A stretch of 64,000 nt of DNA from NCBI GenBank assembly GCA_048244295.1, contig DBFAZJ010000051.1, positions 13,842 through 77,841 of the forward strand. The letters run 5' to 3'. The DNA is from Collinsella sp. Lineage in GTDB: Bacteria; Actinomycetota; Coriobacteriia; Coriobacteriales; Coriobacteriaceae. The notes below the pieces were generated by a model. The model ran no database searches. It worked only from the letters and a program-made list of their open reading frames with translations, and was not told the DNA's origin. This document shows positions 38,218-48,094 of the stretch, one piece after another. Positions within the stretch are counted from its first letter, which is position 1. The number at the start of each line of letters is the position of its first letter. The translations under genes were made by a program, and so were the position numbers.

Positions 38218-40893
38218 TTAGTAGCTGTACACCAAAGTGCCGATCGGGCAGTTATCGTAGATGAACTTCACCGCATCCATCAGCAACCTGACGCAGCCGT
38301 GGGTCTCAGCAGTTCCAATACCCTTGTCGAACTGAGGACCACGGTTGTCGGGGTTCGTATAATCAGTGCCATACCTGCGGTAATAACCCACAGAGTGGAA
38401 TCGCTGACCCTCAGCATATCCACCGGGGCAGAAGAACTCGCTCCAATAATAATAATCGGGATCATTGCCCATCATAAGACCCTTTTTCTGGATCTTGAAG
38501 ACACCGCGCACGGTCTGGCCGAAAACATCATTGCCCACGGTCTTATTGACGCCGACACTGCAGATATTGTCGGAAACAGGAATCCAATTGCCGGCAGAAC
38601 CCTGGAAAATAATCGTTCGGCAATTCGTATTGTCGATACAGATAAGGTAAGAGGTCTCGCTAGACCAATTCCTAATCGTATTCCATGCGCTATACGCAGC
38701 ATTCGAACGAATGATATTGCCGTTCGGGCCCAAGAAGCACCAAACGCCGCCGTCATTGTACCAACCGATCTTTTGGAGGACGCCGTCATTATTTCCATAA
38801 TATGAAGAGCCATCGGGAGCGCTATAGAAGCCTCTCACGACATAGCCCTGATCCTCACGGCCATAGTAATCCTTGCCACCAACGGTGAACTTACCGACCT
38901 TGGCGAGAAGGTGACCGTCGGACTTAATAAGGTAATAGCGCTGGGCACCGCCATCAAAATACGTTGTAACGAAGAAAGCGTTCTCCTGCTTGCCAGGAAG
39001 ATTCAGGTCATCAAGAAGAACGCCCTCGTTGTTCGCAAGCAGCATACCGGCGCTAATACGGTGCTTTCCGCGAACAACATAGCCGGTATCCGTGTTGCCA
39101 TAGAAATTCACCTGGCCATTAAAGCCGTCCATTGACGCTTTGAAGAAGCCGGTCTTCGCAACCGAATAGCCCTTTCCGGTCGAGACCATGAAGTAACGCT
39201 GAGCACCGCCGTCGTACGCAGCAGACACGAACCAACCGTTCACACGGTTCAGGCGCCCATCGTTATCGGCAAGAACAATACCCTCGTTCGTCTTCTTCTT
39301 ACCGCGAAGCACATAGCCAGTGCCGGAAAGACCGTAATACGCAGAGTTTCCAACGTTGAAGAAACCGGTCTTCGCGGCGTGCATGGACGGATCGATGTAG
39401 TAGCGCTGCAGCGGGCCGCCGCTATAGGCACCTGTCACCAACCAGCCGTTAGCGTCTCCGGACTCGAGCTTGCCATCGTTGTTGGCAAGATAAACATAAC
39501 CGTTGCCGGCATCCATCTTGCCTCGGAGGACATAACCTTTGTCGGTAGCCCACGCATACCAACCAGCGCCCTCTTCGGCAGTAACGAGTCGGTTGCGAGC
39601 GACCCAAGCACCCGAATCGAACCAATAACGCTGCAGGCCCTGGCCAAACTGATCGGTAACCATCCAAGTGGATTTGGCGATATGGCCATCATTGTTAGCG
39701 TACACAAAATCCTGCATGCTCGTGCCGAGGCCGAAACCCCTCAGCACATAACCTTGGAAAGCCATGCCAAAATAGAAAGCCTGAACGCCGTGCTCGTCGG
39801 TCGCATAGAAACGAGCGGACTTGGCAGAACCAGCGAACTCACCGGAACACATGTAATAGCGCTGCCAGTTTATGCCGCCGCCATCGTACTTGGTGGTAAC
39901 AAGCCAACCCTTAGTGGACTCAAGCTTGCCGTCATTATCTGCGAGCCAAACATGACCCTGGGCATCATCATGCTTGCCGCGAACGACATAGCCCTGCTTC
40001 GTGGTGTAGTGAGCCCAGCCATTATCGGAGCGACCCGGTTCACATGCATGAGACCCGCTCTCGATGTAATAGCGCTGAAGGCCATCGCCAAAATCAGAGG
40101 AAACCTGCCAGCCCGGCGCAAGCAGCTTTCCGTTGTTATCGGCAAGATAGACAAACCCCGTCAAAGGGTCAATGTACTTGCCGCGCACAACATAGCCGGT
40201 GTCGGCGCGGGCAAAAGCCCAGCCCGAGCCCCAAGCGGCGTCGTTGGACTCAAAGAGGCCATCGCGGAAAAGCAAGCCGTTCTTGACATACCAACGCTGG
40301 AGGCCGTTGCCGGCATGGTCATCGATGACCCAGCCTGTATACGCCTTACCGGTGCCGTCGGAGTAGCTATTACCGTCCTTAGACCAACCGGTGGTCTTGT
40401 TGGAGCTCGAATTAGCGTCAGAGACGGAGCTGTCGGTCGACTCAGAGAGCTGACCATCTTTGAAAGCCGGGTCGCTGACGGTGCCAGCGGAAGGCTGCTC
40501 GGAATCCGAGACCTTAACGCTCGGATCGTCCTTGCCTGCAGGCTCTTCGTTCTTGTCAGCGCCGTCGCTGACGTCAGGAGTCCCATCCTTGGTGGAGGGA
40601 ATAGCATCGGTAACGCCATCGCTCGGCTGCTCGACTGCGTCAGACTTCGAGTTGTCAGGGGCTGCCTGATCCTTATTTACATATTCGTCAACAGAAGGAG
40701 CAGCGACTTCTTCTGCAACGGCATCGTTTTTCTCGGGTTGAGCAGTCTCGGTCGTCATGTCCACCGTAACGACGGTCGTGCCTTCAGGCAAGGCAACGGC
40801 ATCATCGGCGAGAGCAACAACGGGAACGCCGACAAGGGCAAAACCCAAGCCCGCGGTGACCGCGAATACCCTGGCGCTAGTCTTAAATTCCAT
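38218..40893 (-). CDS. Secreted L,D-transpeptidase (YkuD domain) with seven long aromatic repeats
   Basis: Signal peptide, acidic S/D/P linker, repeats (QRYY...GYVVRG...ADNDG), C-terminal CSVG...T.RG.F...FHS...THGCVRL...IYDNCPIGT.V. Confidence 0.9.
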   Translation of the reverse strand: MEFKTSARVFAVTAGLGFALVGVPVVALADDAVALPEGTTVVTVDMTTETAQPEKNDAVAEEVAAPSVDEYVNKDQAAPDNSKSDAVEQPSDGVTDAIPSTKDGTPDVSDGADKNEEPAGKDDPSVKVSDSEQPSAGTVSDPAFKDGQLSESTDSSVSDANSSSNKTTGWSKDGNSYSDGTGKAYTGWVIDDHAGNGLQRWYVKNGLLFRDGLFESNDAAWGSGWAFARADTGYVVRGKYIDPLTGFVYLADNNGKLLAPGWQVSSDFGDGLQRYYIESGSHACEPGRSDNGWAHYTTKQGYVVRGKHDDAQGHVWLADNDGKLESTKGWLVTTKYDGGGINWQRYYMCSGEFAGSAKSARFYATDEHGVQAFYFGMAFQGYVLRGFGLGTSMQDFVYANNDGHIAKSTWMVTDQFGQGLQRYWFDSGAWVARNRLVTAEEGAGWYAWATDKGYVLRGKMDAGNGYVYLANNDGKLESGDANGWLVTGAYSGGPLQRYYIDPSMHAAKTGFFNVGNSAYYGLSGTGYVLRGKKKTNEGIVLADNDGRLNRVNGWFVSAAYDGGAQRYFMVSTGKGYSVAKTGFFKASMDGFNGQVNFYGNTDTGYVVRGKHRISAGMLLANNEGVLLDDLNLPGKQENAFFVTTYFDGGAQRYYLIKSDGHLLAKVGKFTVGGKDYYGREDQGYVVRGFYSAPDGSSYYGNNDGVLQKIGWYNDGGVWCFLGPNGNIIRSNAAYSAWNTIRNWSSETSYLICIDNTNCRTIIFQGSAGNWIPVSDNICSVGVNKTVGNDVFGQTVRGVFKIQKKGLMMGNDPDYYYWSEFFCPGGYAEGQRFHSVGYYRRYGTDYTNPDNRGPQFDKGIGTAETHGCVRLLMDAVKFIYDNCPIGTLVYSY

Positions 40894-40947
40894 GACCTGA
40901 TGTTCCTTTCGAGTTATTCCAAGAACTTTTTAAGCATACCGCATATC

Positions 40948-40979
40948 AAAAACCGCGCCACACGACATGTGGCGCGGTT
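40948..40979 (-). terminator. Intrinsic terminator
   Basis: Stem AACCGCGCCACA/TGTGGCGCGGTT with a T-run on the minus strand. Confidence 0.8.
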
Positions 40980-41008
40980 AACAGAACACTTAACTCTTCA
41001 CTTAACTC

Positions 41009-42451
41009 TTAGCAAACGATCACTTTTGATCCAACGGCGAGGAAGTCATAAACATACTTCGCTTCGCTCAGGTTTGGTATGCATACGCAACCAGAACCAG
41101 CCCATCCATAGTGGAAACCGGCACCGTCCTCATAACCTCGTCCATCAACGTACTGAGAAACCGCATTGCCGTTGTAATAAGACGGTGAGCTCATCACCGC
41201 ATCGACAAAACAAACCCACCAGTCGTTGACATCGTAGCAATACGGCTCGGCCCAGTAGCCGCGCGCCTTACGGCACACGACATGGGTCCCGCTAAGGTCG
41301 ATTCCGCCTGTCGGGATCACGTCAACGGTACGCGCCAAAGAACCGTCCGGGTAATATAGGTAGGTCTTCCTCGCACCGCGATCGACCACCGCATAGTTCT
41401 GAGAGCTTGCGATATTCCCAGCATTCGATTGCGTTACCGTACGAGTGAGCGCAAGCGCATACCAGCCAACGCCTTCGCTCTTCCACCCCTGGGAAATCAG
41501 GCTCTGGTGCTCGGCTTTATCGCCCGTGTAATTATGATTGTGACTCGACTTGTTAGGATTGTAGTCACGATAAATCACAGCAGTTTTCGCATCATCAGAG
41601 TACCAGCCGACGCCTTGGTCAATCCAACCCGCAGAAACGAGCTGGTCCCTCTCGGACGCGCTGGTCGTGTAATGATGGTCATCGGAGTTCGGGTTATATA
41701 CGCGGTACACGGGGGTGTTCGAGCTCTTCGGCGCAAGCCAGCCGGGCCCTTCGTACTTCCAGCCCTTGGTAATAAGCTCGCCAATCTCGGTAAGATCAGC
41801 CGAATAGAGGTGCTCCCCCGTGGATTTCAGATACATCCTGTATACGCAAACAGATGAGCTGTTTACATTAAGCCCCTCGCCAACGGCGGTTTTATCAGAG
41901 TTGTCCTGAAGATCCTGGGCTTTCGTAGGCACAGAAACGGCATACCAGCCAACACCTTCGCCCCTCCAGCCAACAGAAATGAGATGATCATGCTCTGAGC
42001 GCTGGCCGGTGTAGTTGTGGGTTCCGGTAGTGGCGTAAGGATTGTACTCGCGATACACAGGCGAAGTCTTTGCATCGTCGGAATACCAGCCGATTCCCTC
42101 GTACTTCCAACCCGCGGCAACGTCTTGATCGCGCTCGTCAGCGCTCAACGTATAGTGGTGGTCACCGGTGTAAGGATTATAGAGTCGATAAACAGGAGAG
42201 TTCGAGCTTGCGGGTGCCGTCCAGCCGATGCCCTCGTATTTCCATCCCTGAGTCACGCAATTTCCGACCTCATACGTCGTGGAAGTGTAGAAGTGTTCCC
42301 CAGAGTACTGGTTATAGAGACGGTACATCGTCTTTGTGTTACCGGACTCCGCAAGGGCGCTTAGCGGGAATGCCGAGAAACATGATACCCCGATGATCAA
42401 AAACGCCATCAGCGAGAGCACCAGGAGGGAAGCACTACTTCTAGTTTTCAT
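41009..42451 (-). CDS. Secreted protein with two DUF5648-type triple repeats and a divergent YkuD-like C-terminal domain
   Basis: Signal peptide; six R.YNP..H.YT-type repeats; AVVDR..RKTYLY, GTHVV.RK, GFH...SGCV, AKYVYDFL.VGSKV.V. Confidence 0.8.
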   Translation of the reverse strand: MKTRSSASLLVLSLMAFLIIGVSCFSAFPLSALAESGNTKTMYRLYNQYSGEHFYTSTTYEVGNCVTQGWKYEGIGWTAPASSNSPVYRLYNPYTGDHHYTLSADERDQDVAAGWKYEGIGWYSDDAKTSPVYREYNPYATTGTHNYTGQRSEHDHLISVGWRGEGVGWYAVSVPTKAQDLQDNSDKTAVGEGLNVNSSSVCVYRMYLKSTGEHLYSADLTEIGELITKGWKYEGPGWLAPKSSNTPVYRVYNPNSDDHHYTTSASERDQLVSAGWIDQGVGWYSDDAKTAVIYRDYNPNKSSHNHNYTGDKAEHQSLISQGWKSEGVGWYALALTRTVTQSNAGNIASSQNYAVVDRGARKTYLYYPDGSLARTVDVIPTGGIDLSGTHVVCRKARGYWAEPYCYDVNDWWVCFVDAVMSSPSYYNGNAVSQYVDGRGYEDGAGFHYGWAGSGCVCIPNLSEAKYVYDFLAVGSKVIVC

Positions 42452-42542
42452 CTCTTCAACTCCATTCTTGACCGTCCAACAATCCGGATAAAGCAGAAAA
42501 AGCACTAAAAATGCTTCGCTTCCTAGGATACAGAAAGCCCCC

Positions 42543-43511
42543 CTAGAGGCTCACTCCCCTGCCCCTGAGCGCACGCGTGCCAAGGACGGCGTACCAACGA
42601 GGCACGCCCCAAAGGTAGGCCGGCCATCGTTTCTCGGTCATCACGGCCTTAAAGGAGTCGCCGAGCCGGGCCACTTTTACGCTTCCGACGCTCCACTTGA
42701 GGAGCACGCGATAGTAGCAAGCCTTTGCACATTCTATTGCCTCGGGATTTCCCGACTTCTGGGCGTAATCGACAACCGTGGAAAAGAAGTCGATCTCGTT
42801 TTTTGCATAGCGCTCGTTGATCTGTGTCTTTGCGGAATAGCTGGCGCCCCCCTTGATCACATGGCGGTAGGCGCTCCACTTCTCCTGGATAACGTGGATC
42901 TTGCCGCCCACGAGCAGCATGAAGGCGTTGCGGCGGTCTGAGGCGTAGTTCTCATAGGCACGGCAGGCGACGAAGCGCCGCTTCTGTTCGTTATAGTCGT
43001 CCAAACGGACCATCATCGTTCCGAGCTGTCCCGGCATGGTGCAGTAAAAGTACTCTTTGAAGGAATACTCCTCCTCAAGGCAGTCCGGGTACTTCTCGCC
43101 ATTGGGCTCGGAATCCTCCCCCACGACCTCGCAATGATGGAAGCAGGCCACATGGTCCGGATGGCTCTCTAGGTAATCGACCTGTTCCTGAAGCTTATGG
43201 TCATAGGTCCAGAAGTCGTCCCCCTCGCACATAGCGAAGTACTTGCCCGTGCAACGGGAGAGCAAGTCGCTCGAGTTGCCGTCTCCGGCATCACCCATGT
43301 TGTGCTCACGGTAGAGAAAGTGGAAATTGTCCGGCAGCTCAGCCTCGAGGCGATTCAGGACCTTCCGCGAGCCGTCGGGCGAGCAGTCCTCCCCGATCCA
43401 CACGTCGAAGGGGAAGTCGCATTTCTGCATCGCGATGCCGCGGATGCACCGCTCGATGTAGCGCTCATGGTTGTAGACCGTGACGGCGATGGAGACGAGG
43501 GGCTTTTCCAC
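42543..43511 (-). CDS. GT2 glycosyltransferase
   Basis: VSIAVTVYNHERYI, IGEDCSPD, AMCEGDDFW...KLQ.QV..LE.HP. Confidence 0.9.
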   Translation of the reverse strand: MEKPLVSIAVTVYNHERYIERCIRGIAMQKCDFPFDVWIGEDCSPDGSRKVLNRLEAELPDNFHFLYREHNMGDAGDGNSSDLLSRCTGKYFAMCEGDDFWTYDHKLQEQVDYLESHPDHVACFHHCEVVGEDSEPNGEKYPDCLEEEYSFKEYFYCTMPGQLGTMMVRLDDYNEQKRRFVACRAYENYASDRRNAFMLLVGGKIHVIQEKWSAYRHVIKGGASYSAKTQINERYAKNEIDFFSTVVDYAQKSGNPEAIECAKACYYRVLLKWSVGSVKVARLGDSFKAVMTEKRWPAYLWGVPRWYAVLGTRALRGRGVSL

Positions 43512-43561
43512 GGGAGGTCTTCCTTACTCGAGGGGCTTCGAAGTCGTGATGCTCGGGGAGG

Positions 43562-44680
43562 TTACTTGCCGCACGCTTGCACGATGTCGCAGATGCGGTC
43601 GACGTCCTCGAGGGCAAGGTCGGCGTACATCGGCATCGTGAGCACGCGATCGGCCACGTGCTTAGCCACCGGGGTCCGGGACGAGTCGAAGCCCTCGCGC
43701 CCACGATAGCAGTCGAAGTCGTTGATGAGGGGGTAGAAATACTTGCGTGCGTACACGTCGTGCGCCTTCAGCGCATCGAACACGTCGTTCCTCGTGGCTC
43801 CGAACTCGTCCTCCTCGAAGACGACCGGCAGGTATGCGTAATTCGGTGTGATGCCGGCAGCGGGGCGACAGACCTTGACGCCCGGGGCGGTCTCGAGGCG
43901 CTCCCAGTAGCGCTCGGCGACCTTTTGGCGCTTGGCGATCTCGCCATCGAGGTGGCGAAGGTTGCACAGGCCCATGGCGGCCGCGAACTCGTTCATCTTT
44001 GCGTTACCGCCGACGTACTCGACCGTCTCTTCGTCGGCGATACCGAAGTTTTTCCAACGGTTGAGCTTGGTCTTGAGCTCAGGATCCCGGAAGCAAACCG
44101 CGCCGCCCTCGATGGTGTTGAAGACCTTCGTGGCGTGGAAACTGAACATGGCCGCATCGCCGAAGGTAGCCGAGGAACGGTCCCCGCGGAATACACCGAA
44201 GGCGTGCGCGGCGTCATAGATGACCTTGAGACCATGCCTGTCCGCGATGTCCTGGATCGCGTCAACGTCGCAGAGGTTGCCGTACACGTGCACGGGGACG
44301 ATGGCACAGGTGTCCTCGTCGATGAGCGACTCGATCTGGGCGGGGTCGATGGTGTAATCATCGGGCTTGATGTCCGCAAAGACGGGCGTGAGACCCTTGC
44401 GCACGATGGCGTGGGTCGTCGAGGCGAAACTGTACGGCGTGGTGATGACCTTACCCTTGAGTTGCATGGCCTCGAGCACGCACTCGAGCGCCTGGTGTCC
44501 GTTGACGAAAAGCGCGAGGTCGTCGACTCCCAGGTAGTTCTCGAGCGCCGCCTCGAGGGCACGGTGCTTCTCGCCCATATTCGTGAGCCAGTGGGACTCC
44601 CACAAAGGCTCGATCTCCTTCACGTACTCCTCGAACGGGGGCATGGAGGAACGGGTGACGAGGATAGGCGAATCGGACAT
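43562..44680 (-). CDS. vioA: DegT/DnrJ family sugar aminotransferase, VioA-like
   Basis: ILVTRSSMPP, WLTNMG, TTPYSF.ST, VHVYG, YDAAHAFG, SFHATKVFNTIEGG, NAKMNEF.AA, RKYFYP. Confidence 0.8.
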   Translation of the reverse strand: MSDSPILVTRSSMPPFEEYVKEIEPLWESHWLTNMGEKHRALEAALENYLGVDDLALFVNGHQALECVLEAMQLKGKVITTPYSFASTTHAIVRKGLTPVFADIKPDDYTIDPAQIESLIDEDTCAIVPVHVYGNLCDVDAIQDIADRHGLKVIYDAAHAFGVFRGDRSSATFGDAAMFSFHATKVFNTIEGGAVCFRDPELKTKLNRWKNFGIADEETVEYVGGNAKMNEFAAAMGLCNLRHLDGEIAKRQKVAERYWERLETAPGVKVCRPAAGITPNYAYLPVVFEEDEFGATRNDVFDALKAHDVYARKYFYPLINDFDCYRGREGFDSSRTPVAKHVADRVLTMPMYADLALEDVDRICDIVQACGK

Positions 44681-44729
44681 ATGGCGCTCCAAACATCGGG
44701 AGTAGGCGGTTACATGACGGCAGCGCAGA

Positions 44730-46199
44730 CTACGCGGCGCCCGCCGTCTTCTTCATCTTAAGCTCTTTGAGGGTGTTCAGGAGATACTCGAGCTCCTCAA
44801 CGTGGAAGAGCTTGGCAAAGGCAAGGTAAACAGCGCAGACCACAAGGACCTGGACGACGACGGTCCCGATCGCGGGAAGACCGAGGGCGCCCACAGGGAT
44901 GGCGACCGCGGCCGCGGCGGCAGAGAGCGCAAAGGCGGGGCAAATGTCGCGCACCTGCTCGAGGTACGCGTACCCGATAACGCGCTTGTTCGGCGAGGCG
45001 TTGATAAAGGTGCAGATCACGCCGTTGATCATGTAGCCGATGACGATGAGGTAGAGGTCGCGCAAGACGAAGGCGCAGAAGCACATAATGGCGAGCCCCA
45101 CGATCTTCTTTACCACCTCGAGCTTGAGGAATAGGTCAGAGCGGCCGACGCCGTTGAGCACCTGTAGGTTCGTGGTATGGATGGGCAGCAGCGCGTAGAT
45201 GAAGCAGTACATCTGGAGGAAGGGCACGCAAGGCAGCCACTTGGGGCCAAGGAGCAGCGCGACGAGGGGGTCGGCACAGACCGCGAAGGCGGTCATGGCA
45301 GGGACGATAAGGAAGGTGCTCGTCTTGAGCGCGCGGCGAGCCAGCCGCTTGACCTTGGCTTTGTCGTCCTGGACGTGCGCCACCGCCGAGAGCATCACGG
45401 GCTGGATCGCGCCGTCGAGGGTGACGCCGAGCGCTTGAGGGTACTTCTTTCCCTGACTCACATAGCCGAGATCCGTGCTGGTGAACACCTTGCCGATAAT
45501 GAGGTCCGAGAGGCTCTGGTACCCCTGGTCGAGCAGGCCGGACACGAGCAATTTCCAGCCGAAGCGGAAGAGCACGCCGGCACGGTCGGCATCGAAGGTC
45601 GCACGAGGCTTCCAGGGAATCTGCGCTGCGAGAAAGACGCACTTGCAGAGCTGGTACAGGAGCTGCTGCACCACGAGCGCCCAGATCCCGGCGCCGAGCA
45701 CGGCCGAGACGATGCCCGCGGTGCCCGACACAAGGCCCGCGGCGACCGTGGAGCGGAAGGTCTTGTGGAACTCGAGGTTCCTCGCGACGATGGCCTCCTG
45801 GATGGAGTTGTAGGCGTTGATAACGAGTACCGCCACCAACGCGCGCAGGGGCCACACCACCGCGGGCATGCCGTAGAAGGCGGCGATCGAGGGCGCGGCG
45901 AAGAAAACCGCTGCATAGAGGGCAACCGAGATGGCCAGACTCATCCAGAACACGGTCGAGTAGTCGCGGTCGGTCACGTCGGGCGCCTGGATGACGGCGG
46001 TATTCAGGCCCGACTGGACGATCACGTTGCCGACGTTGACGAAGACGAGCATGATCGCGAGCATGCCGAACTCCTCTGGCGCGAGAAGGCGTGCCATGAC
46101 GATCTGCACGATGAGCGTGATCGCGGCGGCGCCCCCCTGCTCGAAGAGCTTCCAGAACAGCGACGCGATGGTCGTGGATTTGAGGTCTTTTTCGGCCAT
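44730..46199 (-). CDS. wzx: Wzx flippase (TuaB/WzxC-like)
   Basis: FWK..EQ, MARLLAPEEFG, SG...AVIQ, G.WALVVQ, FGWKLL, IIGK.F...LG, LGPKW. Confidence 0.88.
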   Translation of the reverse strand: MAEKDLKSTTIASLFWKLFEQGGAAAITLIVQIVMARLLAPEEFGMLAIMLVFVNVGNVIVQSGLNTAVIQAPDVTDRDYSTVFWMSLAISVALYAAVFFAAPSIAAFYGMPAVVWPLRALVAVLVINAYNSIQEAIVARNLEFHKTFRSTVAAGLVSGTAGIVSAVLGAGIWALVVQQLLYQLCKCVFLAAQIPWKPRATFDADRAGVLFRFGWKLLVSGLLDQGYQSLSDLIIGKVFTSTDLGYVSQGKKYPQALGVTLDGAIQPVMLSAVAHVQDDKAKVKRLARRALKTSTFLIVPAMTAFAVCADPLVALLLGPKWLPCVPFLQMYCFIYALLPIHTTNLQVLNGVGRSDLFLKLEVVKKIVGLAIMCFCAFVLRDLYLIVIGYMINGVICTFINASPNKRVIGYAYLEQVRDICPAFALSAAAAAVAIPVGALGLPAIGTVVVQVLVVCAVYLAFAKLFHVEELEYLLNTLKELKMKKTAGAA

Positions 46200-46206
46200 G
46201 GAGCCC

Positions 46207-46560
46207 CTAGATTCCGAACGAGTAGATAACGATGCCGCAGATGATGAGCGCGAGCGCGGCAACCTTCTTTTTGTTCAGGCGCTCATGGAAGATGAGGATG
46301 CCGAACGCGGTCACGTAGATGTAGCCCGTCGCGTCGAGAATCGGCCCCATCGAGAGCGGAATCACCTTGTACGCGAGCGTGGAGAGCAAAGTCGAGACCA
46401 CAAAGAGCGTGTACGCGAAGATAACGAGCGGGTTCAGGTACTCGGCCAAAGGCGACGCGTAGGTCTTGTTCGCCGACTTCTTTAGGAGCACCTGCGAGAT
46501 GCCGCTGACAAAGACGCCGAAGAGCGCCACCACGGCGTAGAGGACGACGGAATCGCTCAC
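46207..46560 (-). CDS. SMR/EamA-like small transporter (ArnE/F-like subunit)
   Basis: Four TM; SQVLLKKSA, EYLNP, IPLS, FHERL. Confidence 0.82.
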   Translation of the reverse strand: MSDSVVLYAVVALFGVFVSGISQVLLKKSANKTYASPLAEYLNPLVIFAYTLFVVSTLLSTLAYKVIPLSMGPILDATGYIYVTAFGILIFHERLNKKKVAALALIICGIVIYSFGI

Positions 46561-46970
46561 TTAGCGTCACCGCCCTCGGCATCGACAGGGGCAGCGGAGG
46601 ATTCGCAGTTCTCGCCGTCGCCGGCAAGCGCGTAGAGCGCGACCCCGGCGAGCACGACAAGAGCCCCCAGGGCCTTCTGCCAGGTAATCGCCTCGCCGAA
46701 GAGCACGGCGCCCCACACGATGCCCCAGACCACCGTGACGGCACGGTTGGCGTAGGCGCTCGTCAGCGGCATACGCTTGATGACCTGCTGCCACCCGATT
46801 GCGTAGACGCCGAGCACACACACCATGCCCCCGTAGCAGAGGATGAAGCCGAGGCTCATGAAGGGATAGCCCGCCGCGAGCTTGCTCAGGATGCCGCTCG
46901 CGGAGAAAAAGGCCAAGAGTACGTGAAGCGCAAAGAATACTCGCCCATTTCCATTCGCTTTAAGAGACAA
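46557..46970 (-). CDS. SMR/EamA-like small transporter (second subunit)
   Basis: Four TM; YAIGWQQVIKRMPLTSAYANR, WG..LFGE.IT; overlaps the next gene by 4 bp. Confidence 0.82.
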   Translation of the reverse strand: MSLKANGNGRVFFALHVLLAFFSASGILSKLAAGYPFMSLGFILCYGGMVCVLGVYAIGWQQVIKRMPLTSAYANRAVTVVWGIVWGAVLFGEAITWQKALGALVVLAGVALYALAGDGENCESSAAPVDAEGGDAK

Positions 46971-47076
46971 AACCGCCCTTTCGCAGGTTAAATACCAAAA
47001 TTCGAACCTCTATATACTACACTGACCTAACTTAGACCTCAGAAAAACTCAATCGTAGCCTCGAAAGGAACAGTCG

Positions 47077-48039
47077 TTGGACAATAAAGAAATCGGCGGG
47101 TACTTTGAGCTCGAGCATTTTGACGGCACCGAATACCACGTCGATGCGATCGCGCTCAACAGCGCCCGAGGGTGCGCGGAGTACCTCATCGAAGCAAGGG
47201 GCATTAAAACCCTTTGGACCCCCTGGTACCTTTGCTCCTCCGTCGACAATCTGTGCTCGAAGCTGGGCGTTGCCGTAAAGCACTTCCAAATCAATCCTGA
47301 TTTCACCCCGGACTACGACGGGATGGCGTTGGGAGAAAATGAGTACCTTTACCTTGTCGATTATTATGGGCAGCTCTCCGACGACGATATCCGCGAAGCC
47401 GAGCGATTTGCCAACGGCAGATTAATCGTCGACGAAGTCATGGCATTCTTCAGAAAGCCACTTGACGGCATCGATACCCTGTATTCATGCAGGAAGTTCT
47501 TTGGCGTTGCAGACGGAGGATACCTTTACACCGACGCTAGGCTAAAGAGGAAGATACCCGTAGACGAGTCCCGAGATCGTATGGACTTCGTCCTCGGAAG
47601 ATGCGAACGGCCTGCGAACGATTTCTATTCCCGTGCTGCCCAGAATAATCACGTTTTTGCCGACGAGGGCATCAAGTACATGAGCCCCATCACAAGAAAC
47701 ATTCTTCGCGCAGTGAATTACAAAGAGATCGCAAAAAAGAGGCGCACCAACTTTGAGCGGCTCGCCTCCCGCTTGGACGATCTAAACGAGCTTTCCCCCA
47801 AAGCCTCCGACGGCGCGTTTATGTATCCTTTGCTCATTGATAATGGCCGAGTCATCAGGAAAGAGCTCCAGGCAAGGAAGATATACATCTCCATGCTGTG
47901 GGGCCGTGACCCCGAGCCGGCGGGCATTTCCGGACGTTATGCGCTCGACATCCTCCCCATGGTGTGTGACCAGCGCTACGGGCTTGACGATATGGATTAC
48001 GAGTCCCGCGTCCTCAAGTCGATTCTTTCCGACCAATAA
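47077..48039 (+). CDS. PLP-dependent transferase-fold protein (short DegT-like)
   Basis: EIGGYFELE, LNSAR, VDYYG, IVD...AFF, YSCRKFFGVADGG, R..NF..L, YP, DQRY; GAAAGGA RBS before TTG. Confidence 0.72.
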   Translation: MDNKEIGGYFELEHFDGTEYHVDAIALNSARGCAEYLIEARGIKTLWTPWYLCSSVDNLCSKLGVAVKHFQINPDFTPDYDGMALGENEYLYLVDYYGQLSDDDIREAERFANGRLIVDEVMAFFRKPLDGIDTLYSCRKFFGVADGGYLYTDARLKRKIPVDESRDRMDFVLGRCERPANDFYSRAAQNNHVFADEGIKYMSPITRNILRAVNYKEIAKKRRTNFERLASRLDDLNELSPKASDGAFMYPLLIDNGRVIRKELQARKIYISMLWGRDPEPAGISGRYALDILPMVCDQRYGLDDMDYESRVLKSILSDQ

Positions 48040-48094
48040 ATGAACTAATCCCTACCTGTGCCACAACCGTCTATCCGCGATCGAAAGGAACCAA

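Noticed and set aside
39379..41229. Long antisense ORFs (also 2560-3912, 31239-32507, 43577-44761, 45177-46229, 48071-49189, 57042-58619)
   Set aside because: Shadow frames opposite well-supported genes, expected with GC3-rich codon usage; no motifs.
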